Part shown: positions 13,462 through 64,000 of the stretch, piece after piece
Position numbering within the stretch: the stretch's first letter is position 1
Layout of the letters: every line of letters begins with the position of its first letter
Assembly (NCBI GenBank): GCA_012295275.1
Contig: CM022666.1
Span: 4,030,001-4,094,000 of the forward strand
Length of the DNA stretch: 64,000 nucleotides
Direction: 5' to 3'
From: Chrysomallon squamiferum
Taxonomy: Eukaryota; Animalia; Mollusca
The notes under the pieces: generated by a model
Seen by the model: the letters and a program-made list of their open reading frames with translations, nothing else
What the model was told of the DNA's origin: nothing
Database searches by the model: none
Program-made: the position numbers and the translations under genes

Positions 13462-14157
13462 AATTAATAAAATAGGATGAATTACATCAAATTTATTCTT
13501 AAATTGTTTCATCAAAAAAAAAAAAAAAAACAAGTTTCATGTACTGAATGATTTAAAACAGTAATTTGTACTATAATATACTGTATATATTGTGCACTTA
13601 CTTGATCAAACCGGTTGACATCATTGGACATTAAGTTGACAATCTGACCAGTAGTCGTATCACCTAAGGCCTTGTTACTTAAACACAGTGACTGAAAAAA
13701 TACAGTAAAAAAATAATATATATATAAATATATAAATACATTTTAATTTTAATTTTATGTACTGAAAAACTCACTAAACTAGGTTTCATTGTTTGATTGC
13801 ATGTGTGTGTGTGTGTGTGTATATATATATTAAAATAAAATTCAATTATTAAAATTAAACCAAAAATACCTTTTTATACATCAAAGAACAACAAGCTATC
13901 CTCATCTGCATTCCTAATCTGGTGACATTAAAAAAGTATGGGTGATGCACGACAGCCAACAACACAGCACATAGACTCACTGCCATCGCAAACAGATACG
14001 CTTGAGTTCTCGTGATTGTAACCTCTGTAGTGAAATAACCTAACAAACCTCCTAGTAGTAGAGGTTGTACCACCTTTGTTCCCTCCTGTAATACACAGAA
14101 TAAATAAATAAGATAAGAGAGAGAAAAACAAACTGAGAGAGAGGGAGAAAGAGAGAG

Positions 14158-14217
<60 letters not shown>

Positions 14218-15957
14218 GAGAGAGAGAATTTAAATATTAAATTAAAAACTATTTTAAAGAAATTATATATTCATAAGTTTTTTTTATTTTTATAACCTTG
14301 TCTGATGCTAAAATAAATCTATTCTGTTCATCTGAACATAAATACACATAATCATCTATACTTAGTATGAGAGAGAAAGACAGATACAAAGAGAGACAGA
14401 AAGAGACAGAAAGTGCGTTAAATGCACAGACACACAGTTTGTGTTTATGATTGTCCTTCTGTGCATAAGCTTCTCTGTGTGTGTGTGTGTGTGTGTGCAT
14501 GTGCACGCATGCACACACGTGTGTATGTACAAGCATATGGGTGTCTTAATCTTCAAAAATTACCTCAATAAAAACAATGATTCCCAGTAACATGTATTTG
14601 AAGCCAAACACTCTGAACAAAGCTTTCTGCAAGCTTGGTTCTTTTCCAGTTTTCTTCTGTTTCATTATTTCTTTCAACCACTCACTGAAGAAAAAAAAAA
14701 AGATTTAACACCAATAAATAATACAAAAACAAACACAAGCATATACATACATACATGTCATATATTTTGTAAAATACACATACAGGTTGAGAATCCTTTA
14801 AACCAAAGTGCATGGGCCTGGAAGAATTTCAGATAAGATAGCTTCAAGCATATAAATACTTGTGTAGCACACAATATGACATACAAATTTTGATAAGAAT
14901 AAATTAAAACTTACACTTCTAGTTTTTTCCCAAGCATGTCAGAAGAATCTTCAGGAGCAACATTGTACATGTCCTCCACCTCTAGAGGTCTCTTGTATCC
15001 TTCTTTAAATAGTGGATTAATCCACCTAAACAAAAAAAAAAAAAAATTTAAAATTTGAAAGCATTTTTAAAATAGTGTCTTGGGTAGAAGAACTCTCTGA
15101 AAAGGTAAGAGCCTGAGTCCATGACAAGCGTGGATGAACAATTAAGTTATCTCATGAGTGCCAGCCAAAAAAAACAAAGTCAGCCAAAAAACACATTTTA
15201 GAATTTATGATTGTAGAAGTAATGGTGAAGGTTGTTAATAAGAGCTGAAGAAGAATACTGCTGCTAAGAAATAAAATACTATTCTTTTTTTTTTTATCAG
15301 CAGAAAGGGTTCTTTTAAGTTCTGAATGTTCTGATCTCAGACTATTTTAATTAGTGTTGGAGGAATGGTTAGTTTTGAAAATATCAAAACAGTGGTACTG
15401 TGAAGAATGGATCATGCAACTTGTCATGCTCCACTCCAGCATCTTAACCACAGAGCAGCTTTTCTGAACATACAAAGTGTAAAAGTGTATTAGCTATCAG
15501 CATAAAAATTTTTTCTGTTTTGTGTATTTATAGATGAATAAATAAATTTTCAATAAATCAGTTAAACTAGTTTAGCAACACACACAATGCATTTTGATAC
15601 TGGGTGTTTATTAACTTTCAAATATTTCCATTGTTATTTATGTTATTTTTATTATTATTTAGATATTTTTAACTTTTTATTTTTAGTTCATTATTTTCTT
15701 TCTAAAACTTTAAAATTTGTTATTTATATTTTCAACTTATGTTGGTTTTTTCTGTTTTTTCCAGAATATATTACAGTATAAAAATATAGTTCATCCATTA
15801 CTGGGACAGCTAAAGAGTACAAAAATAAACTAACTGGATAACTAAATAACACAATGGGAAAGTATCAGGTCATTGACACTAAAAACATGTGTTTTCTGTA
15901 GTGTAATATTAATAGATATATCACAGTTTTAATATCTCTATATGTATGACAAAATTA

Positions 15958-15992
<35 letters not shown>

Positions 15993-18900
15993 TACAGCAA
16001 AATAATTTTTTTACATGTTAAAGTGGACTGATTATAAATGATCTAAATAAATTTTCTATATTTTTGTTACTATTTTTTCTAATAAGAAATTGTACTTGTA
16101 ATAAAATTAATAAATAATTCAAAAAACACTTTGGTCATTTTGAAGCATTTACTGTGTTTGTTTCTTGTTGGAGACCATTTATGGCAGGAACACTCAACTT
16201 TAGTTCATTTTATACAAATTATTTTTTTATTTTTATTCCAAGCAGGCAATCTTTCCTGACAATATATAGAATTGTTTTAAAATTATGTATTCAAAATTGG
16301 GATTACCAGTACATTTGTACAATATTTATATGTTTATGTGAGTATATTTACTAATGCATGTTTATGCATGGAAATATTCAACTGAAAAAAGAATGTCCTA
16401 TTTACAATTTAATAGTAAACATATGTACAACTTTTTTTGTTAATATTCAGAAATCAATCAAGCATGTTTTTCATCCTCAAGCAAAATTCGTGAATCTAGA
16501 TTTTGACTCTTTGTTATATATTCGTAATAAAATGCTTAGTATATTAACAGCTGCTTATATTTTTAGGTTTCGAAATTATAATTATTTTATTTTATCTTTC
16601 TGTTTTGTGTTTTTGTTTTGTGTCTCTGAGTGTATTTTATTAATCTCAGCAATATAATAATTTAAAAATTATCTGATTTAATTGTTGCACTTTACGAATA
16701 TTGGTATAAATTCATAAAAACGTTATTTTCTATCATGTTGTAACTTGAAAATTCTTCCTTTTTTTTTTTTTTTCACATTATGTAAATTATTTAAGATGTA
16801 TGTGCATGCATATGAATGCCCATGAAAATGGCCAATAAATGAAACAGATGTCATGGACATATGACTATCATATCCAAACACATCACTAAAACAAGCAGGC
16901 TGATATTCAAATGTTATAAAATATACATCAAGTCTGTATATAATTTTTTGATGTAGAATTTTAAAAAAATAAAATAAAATAAAATACAGAAAAATAGCTA
17001 AAATTAATCATGATATCAAACTACTGGGAACATTAACTTTTCATGAAGACTTATAAAAAAGACAAAATTACAACAAAAAAAAAAGAAAAAAAAAATTTAA
17101 AATTTAAAATAAAACAATAAATTTAAAATTTAAAACCCAGAAATTAATTTTAAACTTTTTTCAAAAAAACAATGAAACAGAAAGAGCTGAATATTTTTAC
17201 ATAGTTAATGGCTGATACGTGCAAATTATTTTGAATAGCTCAAATAAATTGACAGACATTATGGTATGCAAGCATGGCTGTGTTTTGTAAATAACAAATG
17301 AAACCAGATAAATCCTGTGCATGTTCAAATCCCAAATCCCATTTGAATGCAAATGAAAGAAACATTTTTGTTTTAACACTTGACTACATTTTGCAATTAC
17401 CGGTGAATGTCTTGGTTGATGAAACTAAATATTTGTGACATTAAAAGTGTTAAACAGAAACTTGGTACAAAATATCTCATGTCTTTCCAAAAATTTTTTT
17501 AGTAAAAGGTTATAAAGGTTAACTGGAGGATAGGATAGGATAGGATAGGATAGGATAGGATAGGGTGTAGGTGTGTGTGTGTGTGTGTGTGTGCACACAT
17601 ACATACATACACAAAATACAACATTAAACCATGTAATGAAACAAAACTTGCAGTTCATGAAAAACATTTTTTTTTTCTTTTCCCCCCACCCCTATTTCCA
17701 CATGTTGTCATCTCTGGTGACAAGAGATAAAAATGAAAAAAAAAAAAAAAAAAAAAAAACAATCAGTCAATTCAGAATGTGGGTAATACACCATATGGCA
17801 TATCTACAGTTTATTGCTTTTATCAGAAATATTAATTAAAATCACGCTTCACTGATAACTTCTTATATTATGATTATTATGTTTTATAATTGGATTTTTT
17901 GGTCAAATAGTTCTTAATGTCTAAATAAAATGTTCTGGTGTTGAGTTTGTGTATTTCTGTGTTTGTGCATGTGTGTGTGCGTGTGTTTTCTTCATAATAA
18001 TTTCAAGTACCTCTTGGAATTTACTAGTAGTAATAGTAGGAGTGGCAGTGATGGCGGTAGTAGAAGTAACAGAAGCAAAATTATTTTAATATTATTATTA
18101 TTATTATTATTAATGTTGTTGTTGTTGTCGTTTTTTCATCCACTTCTTTAGTTGGAAAAAATATTTTCTTTTATTATTATTATTAGAATTAAATGATTTT
18201 AAAAAAAAATATGCCTTGCCAGCTTTCGCAATGTAACAACATTTATTTTCTCTGCACATACATAAGATTTATCAGCTTTAATAAAAACATACATCTGTCT
18301 CTCTCTTTTCACAGGTGTGAAAATGGTGCTCTAAGTACATTCAGTGAGGAAATAACTGGTATATCAAGACGTGCAACTATTTCCACTTACAAGTTTTATG
18401 TTTAGACGTGACAAAACTGAAGTTTGTTCCCACAGGTGAGAAAAACAGTAAAAATACACAAGGAAAACTGCTTAAAATAATTTAAAAAAAAAAATGAGAG
18501 GAATAAAAAGTAAATTCAGAAACAGCAGGAGAGATAGAACGAAAAAAACAAGTCAAGAAGAAATAAAAATAAAAAATTAAGAATTAAGAAAGATGGTGAT
18601 ATACATGCATACACGCAACACAAACAAATACACACCTACACCAATAACTACAGAGACAATTATTGATGTGTCATTATAGACACTAAGTAACAAATACATA
18701 TGCAAGAAAATAATGACAACAATAACCAATAAAGAACAAAAGTTGTATTAATAAATACTACTACTATAAATTTATAATACAATTATAAATTACAAAGTAA
18801 CAATGTGATATTTGTTACAGGGGAAAACATTTTGACTATTTTTTTTTTTAAAGTATAAATATATTTTCTAGTAATATTGCAGCAGTTTTAATTTAAAAAC

Positions 18901-19526
18901 AAATCCTCAGTATGAAGTTACAGAATATTTTTTGTTTTATTATTTTAAGGGGGAGGTATTTTATTTTATTACTTTTTTCTAAAAATTAAATTCATCAAAA
19001 ACAGTACTTAATATAATGGCACAGTAATTTTAGTTTACAAAAATAAATATAAAAAATAATACGAAATAAATTAATTAATGATATATTTAAAAACAAATAA
19101 AAAATGCATTATAATTGTGTACAAATTAGAAATTTAATTATAAAAGATAGATTAGTACCATATAAAACTAAAGTAGTAAAGTTAACTAACGAATTAGACA
19201 CGTTTTCTTTTTCTTTTTACACACCGGTTTGTCCTTTGTAATATATTGTATGATAACAAGTGTGAATTACATTTTTCTTTTTTCTTTTTAAGTCAAGCGT
19301 ATATAATATACTAGTGTACAGCGTGCTATAAGTGTGCAGTCCTACCTAAATCCAAGGTGTTAAACGAAAATACATCGATTGAGTTAACATTTGTAAAATT
19401 GGTCGTTTACAAATACATAAGTATTTTCAAATAATGCTGAAAAATGTCTCACCAGAAGAAAATTCTTGAAAAGAAATTAGCTTTCACTGATGGGTTTGGG
19501 TTCTGATGTCGTAGTGTTTCGTCCAT
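166..19526 (-). CDS. ABCC4: ABCC4/MRP4-like ABC transporter subfamily C, 5' part (exons 1-7 plus three alternative exon 8 copies); gene continues beyond the left edge
   Basis: Spliced GT-AG exons translate to [45 protein letters not shown]...[19 protein letters not shown]...[24 protein letters not shown]. This is the typical short-MRP (no TMD0) N-terminus and TMD1. Exon sizes 74/111/121/216/90/164/126/250 and their phases are mutually consistent and close to vertebrate ABCC4 as I recall it. Confidence 0.93.
1115..1272 (+). repeat. ~58-bp tandem repeat, ~3 copies
   Basis: aaacacaaacaatctatgtgttttaatcc.gaacaaatcattcactatataaacac. Confidence 0.8.
1830..2006 (+). mobile_element. Degenerate copy of the same SINE (between exons 8b and 8c)
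   Basis: ttcccattc...aacaaaggctg...tatgggaaggtgcacattaaagattccttgttgcta is similar to 47405-47500. Confidence 0.55.
2243..2498 (-). CDS. ABCC4: ABCC4 alternative exon 8b ([29 protein letters not shown]...[25 protein letters not shown])
   Basis: cttcttacag acceptor, gtaatg donor, 256 nt, open frame, same phase as 8a, two hydrophobic helices at equivalent positions. Confidence 0.82.
4131..4380 (-). CDS. ABCC4: ABCC4 alternative exon 8a ([28 protein letters not shown]...[28 protein letters not shown])
   Basis: ctgtttcag acceptor, gttagt donor, 250 nt, open frame in phase 2->0; aligns to MRP4 TM5-TM6 (EI..I ... SE..VS.RR.Q pattern). Confidence 0.88.
5690..6430 (+). repeat. Degenerate ACTAATCC-rich minisatellite (~40 bp unit)
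   Basis: actaatccaacttctttgttgatctagcagtcactaat variants. Confidence 0.8.
7260..7360 (+). mobile_element. Degenerate SINE copy
   Basis: ttcccattctaaccag...ggtttaacaaataccatgatatgt...catgggaaggtatatataaaagat is similar to the 47400 and 1830 copies. Confidence 0.55.
8350..8730 (+). repeat. Degenerate ~32-bp minisatellite
   Basis: aacattattacaaaatcatatgaattgacagt variants, ~11 copies. Confidence 0.8.
11146..11510. mobile_element. Non-autonomous Tc1/mariner (pogo/Tigger-like) MITE, 365 bp
   Basis: Perfect 12-bp terminal inverted repeats cagtggaaactg (11146-11157) / cagtttccactg (11499-11510), each flanked by TA. Confidence 0.7.
12117..12242 (-). CDS. ABCC4: ABCC4 exon 7 ([41 protein letters not shown])
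   Basis: ttcag / gtaag, 126 nt, ends in phase 2. Confidence 0.96.
12815..12978 (-). CDS. ABCC4: ABCC4 exon 6 ([54 protein letters not shown])
   Basis: ttcag / gtata, 164 nt. Confidence 0.95.
13602..13691 (-). CDS. ABCC4: ABCC4 exon 5 ([30 protein letters not shown])
   Basis: ttcag / gtaag, 90 nt, hallmark ABCC motif [10 protein letters not shown]. Confidence 0.96.
13870..14085 (-). CDS. ABCC4: ABCC4 exon 4 ([18 protein letters not shown]...[26 protein letters not shown])
   Basis: acag acceptor, gtatt donor, 216 nt; matches ORF 13855..14073. Confidence 0.95.
14564..14684 (-). CDS. ABCC4: ABCC4 exon 3 ([40 protein letters not shown])
   Basis: ttcag acceptor, gtaat donor, 121 nt. Confidence 0.95.
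14783..14835 (+). mobile_element. Tigger-like DNA transposon terminal fragment
   Basis: TA|caggttgagaatcctttaaaccaaagtgcatgggcc resembles the Tigger4/Zombi-type terminus CAGGTTGAGTATCCCTTATCC as I recall it; no partner end found. Confidence 0.35.
14915..15025 (-). CDS. ABCC4: ABCC4 exon 2 ([36 protein letters not shown])
   Basis: tttag acceptor, gtaag donor, 111 nt, in frame. Confidence 0.95.
19453..19526 (-). CDS. ABCC4: ABCC4 coding exon 1 ([25 protein letters not shown])
   Basis: ATG at 19526, NP..AN..SR.FFW lasso motif, donor GTGAG; 74 nt. Confidence 0.92.
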
Positions 19527-19640
19527 AGTGCCCCGGTCGAATGTCCCTCCTATTTCATCAACATTGTCAACTTATATCCGTCTCGTTCATTTCCGTAAGG
19601 TTCCGGTTCCGAAATTCTCGGAAAAAAATCGTATGCCCAG
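19527..19640 (-). promoter_or_regulatory. Putative ABCC4 5'UTR/proximal promoter (CpG-rich, ETS-like CCGGAA)
   Basis: Local CpG cluster (ccggtcga, ttccgtaaggttccggttccgaaattctcg) directly upstream of the ATG in otherwise CpG-poor DNA. Confidence 0.45.
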
Positions 19641-20795
19641 TAACCAGACTTTAAACGATATTATATAAACAAAATGTTTAAATCATATTTCAAAAAAACA
19701 GAAACACAGAAAATTAATGTGTTTTACTCACATAAACCAAAATAACACTGAATACTTTTGGTAAAATATATTGTAGAAATGTTTATTTACTCTTCGAAAA
19801 ATTGTATTTTTTAAATACACATTATAAAGTCTAACATAATTATAATATTATTTTTTCTGAAAGTTACTCGGTGCGTTATCCAATCGCTTTACTCTGGGTT
19901 ATTCCACAGGATGTACGAAAATAAACCGAACGTAGGCAGTACATTGTGTTAGACGACATAATTGTTAGTTCAGCTATAATAATAATAATAATAATAACAA
20001 TAATAATTATAATTAATAATAATAATAATAACATAATAAAATGAAACTGTTTAATTTAATACTGATTTAATTAACTAAATTTGTTCCTTTATATTTAAAA
20101 ATAAAAATGGAATAGGAGGCTGAGTTCAGTTTTATACTGTTAATCTAATCTTGCCATTAAAAAAAAAGAAGAAGAAAAAACTGAATTCCTGTAGACTCAA
20201 ATTGCTGGAGGCTTAAATTGTCATAAATCTACTCATACTTGGAATGTTAATGTCTTCAAGGTGAGGCACACACCCCACTGATGAGAGTAGCAATATTTTG
20301 GTGAGGTATGAGAATCAATTAATTATGGCTGCTTTCGTAACTTTGAACTTTAAAATTTCTAAAGGTCTAAAGCTGCAGCTGATACATGTACGCACGCACG
20401 CACGCACAGTCACACACTCACATATACATACTCATTCACAAACACAACGTGCATTTCATAAAAAATAAAAAATAAAAAAAATGAAAATAAAAATTCAAGC
20501 GACGCGATACCAGAACATAAAATAATATTATCAATATCGATTTTCCGTGTATAATGGTTTTCACGAACTTATCGTTAATCTGCTAACTTACGTTATTATT
20601 ATTAGTAGTAGTGGTAGTAGTAGTAACGTTCTAATCTTATACGAAACAGGTCACAGAGAGGCAATAAAAACAAATTGTTATTTTATGTTAACAGGAGTTG
20701 TCTCCCTTAAATAGCCACACTACAGTATTTTTTTATTCATTTATATATATCCTTATTTACTTATTTCTGTTACGTATTACCAAAATTATTGTGAG

Positions 20796-20875
<80 letters not shown>

Positions 20876-22210
20876 CATTTATGTACGTATGTATCTGTTT
20901 CATAATAAAAACAAATTAAATCATGCACATACATACTGTCATTATATCTGGAATGTTAATACATTTTAATTACAAACACAAATAACTGAAAAATAATAAA
21001 TTAATACAACATTACATTGAAATATTCGGTCTAACTTTTGAATCAATACCGATCTCACCCTCATAATATTATAAACTTAGCATACAGTTTTATATACACT
21101 GCCTAACAGCTTTTAAAAATGTATTTTTATTACTTGGTCATCTCATTTATTGTTAGATTTTTCCAAATATATACACATATTTACGCGATGAATTGATCAA
21201 TAAAGTTATATTAACTTCCAAGCACAAAAGGATCTTATTAATAATAAATGACCGAAATGAAATGTCTTTGCCGTTCCCTTCGGTTATTTAAGCATGCAAA
21301 AACATTTACCATTTGTCACGTGACTTCCATGGTAATGGGACGCCATTTCATTTCATAAATTTTTGTTGGCCCACCTAATTGTACAGGTGACTGAACGAAG
21401 AAAACACATACTACTGTCCATACAACTTATTTGATCAAAGAATGCTTAAGATCCTTTGTCATAAAAGGATGGTCATATCATGTTAACATGTATGTCGTTA
21501 ATTAAAACGGTATACTAGAAAATATATGCTTAAAAAATGAATAAGAATAAGATCATATTGGTGGACAGTTATTTTATAGCTTCATTGAGCATTACCAAAA
21601 ATATATCCACAAAATTATGAACCATGTATAGAAAATGACGTCTTTTCGTTGCAGTAAATATGAAAAAAGCTTAATAACTCTGAAAATACTTTACGCAGTT
21701 ATTAAGGATCTTTCTTTCTTTTTCCTTTTCTCCAACCCTCTTCCTCTTTCTTTCTTTCTTTCTGTCTGTCAGTCTGTCAGTCTTTCTGTCTCTGTTTTAT
21801 GTCTCCATCTGTGTTTGTCAGTCTATCAGTCACTCATCTATACCAGCCATGTATTTCATTTTGTCTCCATCTTCCTTTGTCCTTTTCTAGTAATACCGTT
21901 ACAGTTCTCAATAAACTAATTATATTACAGCTCAGGGTTTTACATAACCAGCTCATATTAATGAAGCTGACATTTGACATTTTCTCCAATAACTGGACTC
22001 GCGTCTATCAGACCGTCTTTTTTTTTTTTTATTGTATTTCAGGAATTAAGAATCAACATAATTCTGCTGGTGTTACTTAATTTTAACGTTGTGAACAGCG
22101 ATATGAAATTATTTTCATAATATACAGCTTCTCGGCCTTTTGATAAGATGAAAGTGTGAAACTTTTTGAGTGATATATTGCTGAATGATTTATCTATAAG
22201 TCCATAATGA

Positions 22211-22250
<40 letters not shown>

Positions 22251-22366
22251 TATTATTATTTTTTTTATTATTAAAATAATAATAATAATAATATCATATT
22301 ATTATTATTATAATTATTTTAATGATGTCAAAAACATTTTAAATTTGAATTTTTCTTTTTTCAGTC

Positions 22367-22515
22367 ATGATGATGACGTCAACGCCAACGACAACGACGA
22401 CAACGACAACGACGACAACAGCGACAACGACGACGACGACGACGACGACAACGACGACGACGACGACAACTACAACGACGACAACGACAACGACAACAAC
22501 AATAATAATAATAAT
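22367..22515 (+). repeat. (GAC/AAC)n trinucleotide repeat
   Basis: acgacgacaacgac... tract. Confidence 0.95.
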
Positions 22516-22987
22516 AGGAGTATTTATAATTTTATGGCAAAAAGACGACTTTGTTATATCCTGTGTACTTGGTGTTGTTTTCGTTTATTACTAATAAAGA
22601 CTGATGCCTATAACAATACATTTACAAATGTATACAAAATTAATTTATACCTTTTTTTAATTTTTTTTTTTTTTTTTTTTTTTTTAATCAGAAACAAACT
22701 TAATTAAATCTACAAACCTTTTACTCTTTCTTTCACGTGCCTCGTAGAAATATGACCCCCATAAATATTTCTCTTTTTTTTTTCTCTCTTTTCCCCACCC
22801 CCATATTTTAAACATTACTTGAAGTTATGGATTTATTTTAAGTTAAAATTTATGTTCGTATCATCACTGATCAGCGTCAGCTGACTGAAGTCCTCGTGTT
22901 TTCAAATACCAAAGATTTTATAAACAGAAATCTGAGTGAGAGGAAGCTCAGCATCCATATTAGTTACCTGCTTTCTTTTTAATTTTT

Positions 22988-23226
<239 letters not shown>

Positions 23227-23284
23227 GAGCTTACATTCGTGGAATGGTCGAGCGTATAATTACGTCTTGGGAATCTAGTTTGTG

Positions 23285-24215
23285 TTCTTAAGAAAGCGTT
23301 AGAATGTTAGAATGTTAGAATGTCGCTACTGTTAGCGTTAAAATGTCGTCAGTCAGTGTTACAATGTTTGAGAACTGTTAGTCTGTTAAAGTATTGTTAG
23401 CTTGTTAATGGTAGGATGTTAATGTTAGTATGTTAGAGTATTGTTAGTTTGTTAATGGTAGGGTAGCGTTAATGTTAGTATGTTAGAGTATTGTTAGTTT
23501 GTTAATGGTAGGGTAATGTTAATGTTAGTATGTTAGAGTATTGTTAGTTTGTTAATGGTAACGTTAATGTTAGTATGTTAGAGTATTGTTAGTTTGTTAA
23601 TGGTAGGATAATGTTAATGTTAGTATGTTAGAGTATTCTCAGTCAGTGAATGGGTAATGTTACGGTTAGAAAATTGTTTGATTAATGTTAGTGTTATTAT
23701 GCTAGATACTTGTTAATTCGTTAGTGCAAGGGTAATGTTAGTGTTAGGATGCTAGATAATTATTAATTTGTTAGTGTTAGAATAATAGTATGTTAAATTG
23801 TTAGTATTAGAGTAATGACAGAGTACTGTTAGTTTGTTAGTGTTAGAATAATAGTATGTTAAATTGTTATGTTAAAGATTTTGTTAGTGCTTGGGTAATG
23901 TTAGTGTATTAGAATTTTTTTAGTTTCTTAGTGTTAGGGTACGGTTTCTGTTAGTATGTTACAGAGTTATTCATTTGTTAGTGTCAATGTTTTAGAATAT
24001 TCTCAGTCCGTGCTAACATGTTAGTTTGTTAGTATTAGGGTAATGTTAGAATGTTAGAGTATAAAGTGTTATTAAAGTGTTGGAATGGTTTTGAGTTTCT
24101 AGAGTTAGTCTGTTAGATTAATGTTAGTGTTGATATGTAATGATACTGCTAATGTGACTGTGACCTAGACATATTACGCGTTAAACTGTTGGTATGTAAC
24201 TTTGTTAGTGTGTAG
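23285..24215 (+). repeat. Degenerate GTTAG/TGTTAA-rich minisatellite (~45-50 bp core unit)
   Basis: aatgttagtatgttagagtattgttagtttgttaatggta is repeated and decays outward. Confidence 0.85.
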
Positions 24216-24618
24216 ATTCGTTGTGTGTTAATAGAAGACAGGATGTTTTATAAACACCCCAGTTATCATTTGGTTGTACAGACAGCGAAAAGTCATCTCA
24301 CGGCTTACGAGATATTAACATGATGGCTTGACCGCGCTGCTATGACAATTTATTGTAGTCGGCTTCGTATTAAAATGAACTTATCGCATCTACGGTTCGA
24401 ATTGTTTAAGTGTGAACAATAGTCATTCTTAACCGTCACCGTCACATAATACTATTCATGCACGTTTCTCATGGACGTAACTCAGTGTTTGCTGGTGATT
24501 TTCTGTTTACAAGATGGTCCAGGCGTTTTCCTTCGATTTGTAAACATTAATAATGTATGTCGTTTGTTTATCTTTTTGCCATTTTCGAAATACTCATTAA
24601 GTGCAAGCATTAACAGTC

Positions 24619-24693
<75 letters not shown>

Positions 24694-24970
24694 TTTACAT
24701 AAACTAATAATAAACAATAAATATACAGAATTATCAAACAAAAAATACAACAGGAACAATGATAATAATGATAATAGTAAACATGATGATTATAATAAAA
24801 ATAAAAAATAAATAAAATTAAAATAAATATATATTGCAAAACTTTTAACTTATTTAATTTTTATTTGTTTTTTAAAATACTTTTTTTTTTTTTTTTCATG
24901 AAAAGTAGGTGTATCTAAGATATTTACTATTTACTACTACTATTGTTATTATTAGTTATTATTATTATTA

Positions 24971-25023
<53 letters not shown>

Positions 25024-25129
25024 AATAAACTGCCATGACGCGCTCTGTGCGGTTCTAAGGAAACTCTGAGGAACGACAGACAGAGAAAATTAATAAATGT
25101 TTCAACCTTCTCTTCAGACTAATCCATTT

Positions 25130-25380
25130 TATCCATTGTTCTCGGGCGCATTCATCACAACTACCTGTTGCTACCTGTTTAAGTGAGCCTCTTTATTAAG
25201 ATCAAGTTTTGATTGGTTGTCAGGTGAATGTTTTTCTTCTGCTTGGTAAATCAAGCAGTCACGGCTGTATACAAGCAGTACGCAGGTGCACCGCAAAACT
25301 GACGTCTGCTTTTTCTCCCCCCATCCCACCCCACCACGGCATGAACCAGACGTCAGATATGAAAAAGTGACATTCGTGGA
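25130..25380 (+). promoter_or_regulatory. Putative ITPR-like proximal promoter
   Basis: GC-richer island with an inverted CCAAT (gattgg ~25211), two CAGGTG E-boxes (~25221, ~25283) and two GACGTC CRE-like cores (~25301, ~25349), 200-400 bp before the ATG. Confidence 0.35.
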
Positions 25381-25518
25381 TAAATTAATAATTAGTGAAG
25401 GTGCAGAATGGAGAATTAGTTGTGAATATATATATATATATATATATTTTTTAAATTAATTTGTGGTGTAAAAAAAAATGTAACTACAATGAAAAGTTTG
25501 TTGTGATTGTTTTTAATT

Positions 25519-25549
<31 letters not shown>

Positions 25550-25561
25550 TGAAAAAGAAAA

Positions 25562-63754
<38,193 letters not shown>

Positions 63755-64000
63755 GTTAGTACACAAAGTTGTCCAGTAGATTTCATTACTGTTTATTTCA
63801 AATCATTAATCTGAAAGGGAAAAACCTGGTTAATTTAATTTTAGAAAAATATAAAACAAAGAGTTATATTTGTGTGTGTGTATGCGTGTTTGTGTGTGTT
63901 GATGTTAGAGTGTGTATGTATGTGTGTTGGTGTGTTGATAAGTCTATGGGTGTATGGTGTGTTTTTCTCTGAGTATGTCTATGTGTGTCTTTGTGAAAAA

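Noticed and set aside
23285-24215. Interstitial telomere repeat
   Set aside because: Only scattered TTAGGG hexamers, with no tandem (TTAGGG)n run.

Overview
This is eukaryotic (animal) genomic DNA: very AT-rich, dense in microsatellites and intron-rich. The repeat content suggests a mollusc, possibly a gastropod (inference only). Two genes lie head-to-head about 6 kb apart. (1) Minus strand: the 5' part of an ABCC4/MRP4-type ABC transporter. ATG is at 19526, coding exons 1-7 run 19526-12117, and the gene leaves the left edge. After exon 7 there are three tandem, strongly diverged, phase-identical copies of exon 8 (4380-4131, 2498-2243, 421-166), which encodes TM5-TM6 of the substrate cavity. 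This is a candidate mutually exclusive exon cassette with candidate docking/selector RNA pairings. (2) Plus strand: a divergent inositol-1,4,5-trisphosphate-receptor-like channel gene. ATG is at 25562, I traced 32 GT-AG coding exons to 63754 (about 1050 aa), and the gene continues past the right edge. It has an altered IP3-binding pocket and one apparent 1-nt frameshift in exon 3. It also has arrays of duplicated splice acceptors; seven of these are followed directly by in-frame TAG-TGA-TAA just after the ligand-binding region. The window also holds tRNA-head SINE copies, a TA-flanked MITE, and many mini- and microsatellites. Nearly all ORFs in the supplied track are low-complexity artefacts. 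All exon calls come from manual translation and remembered homology; no database search was run.
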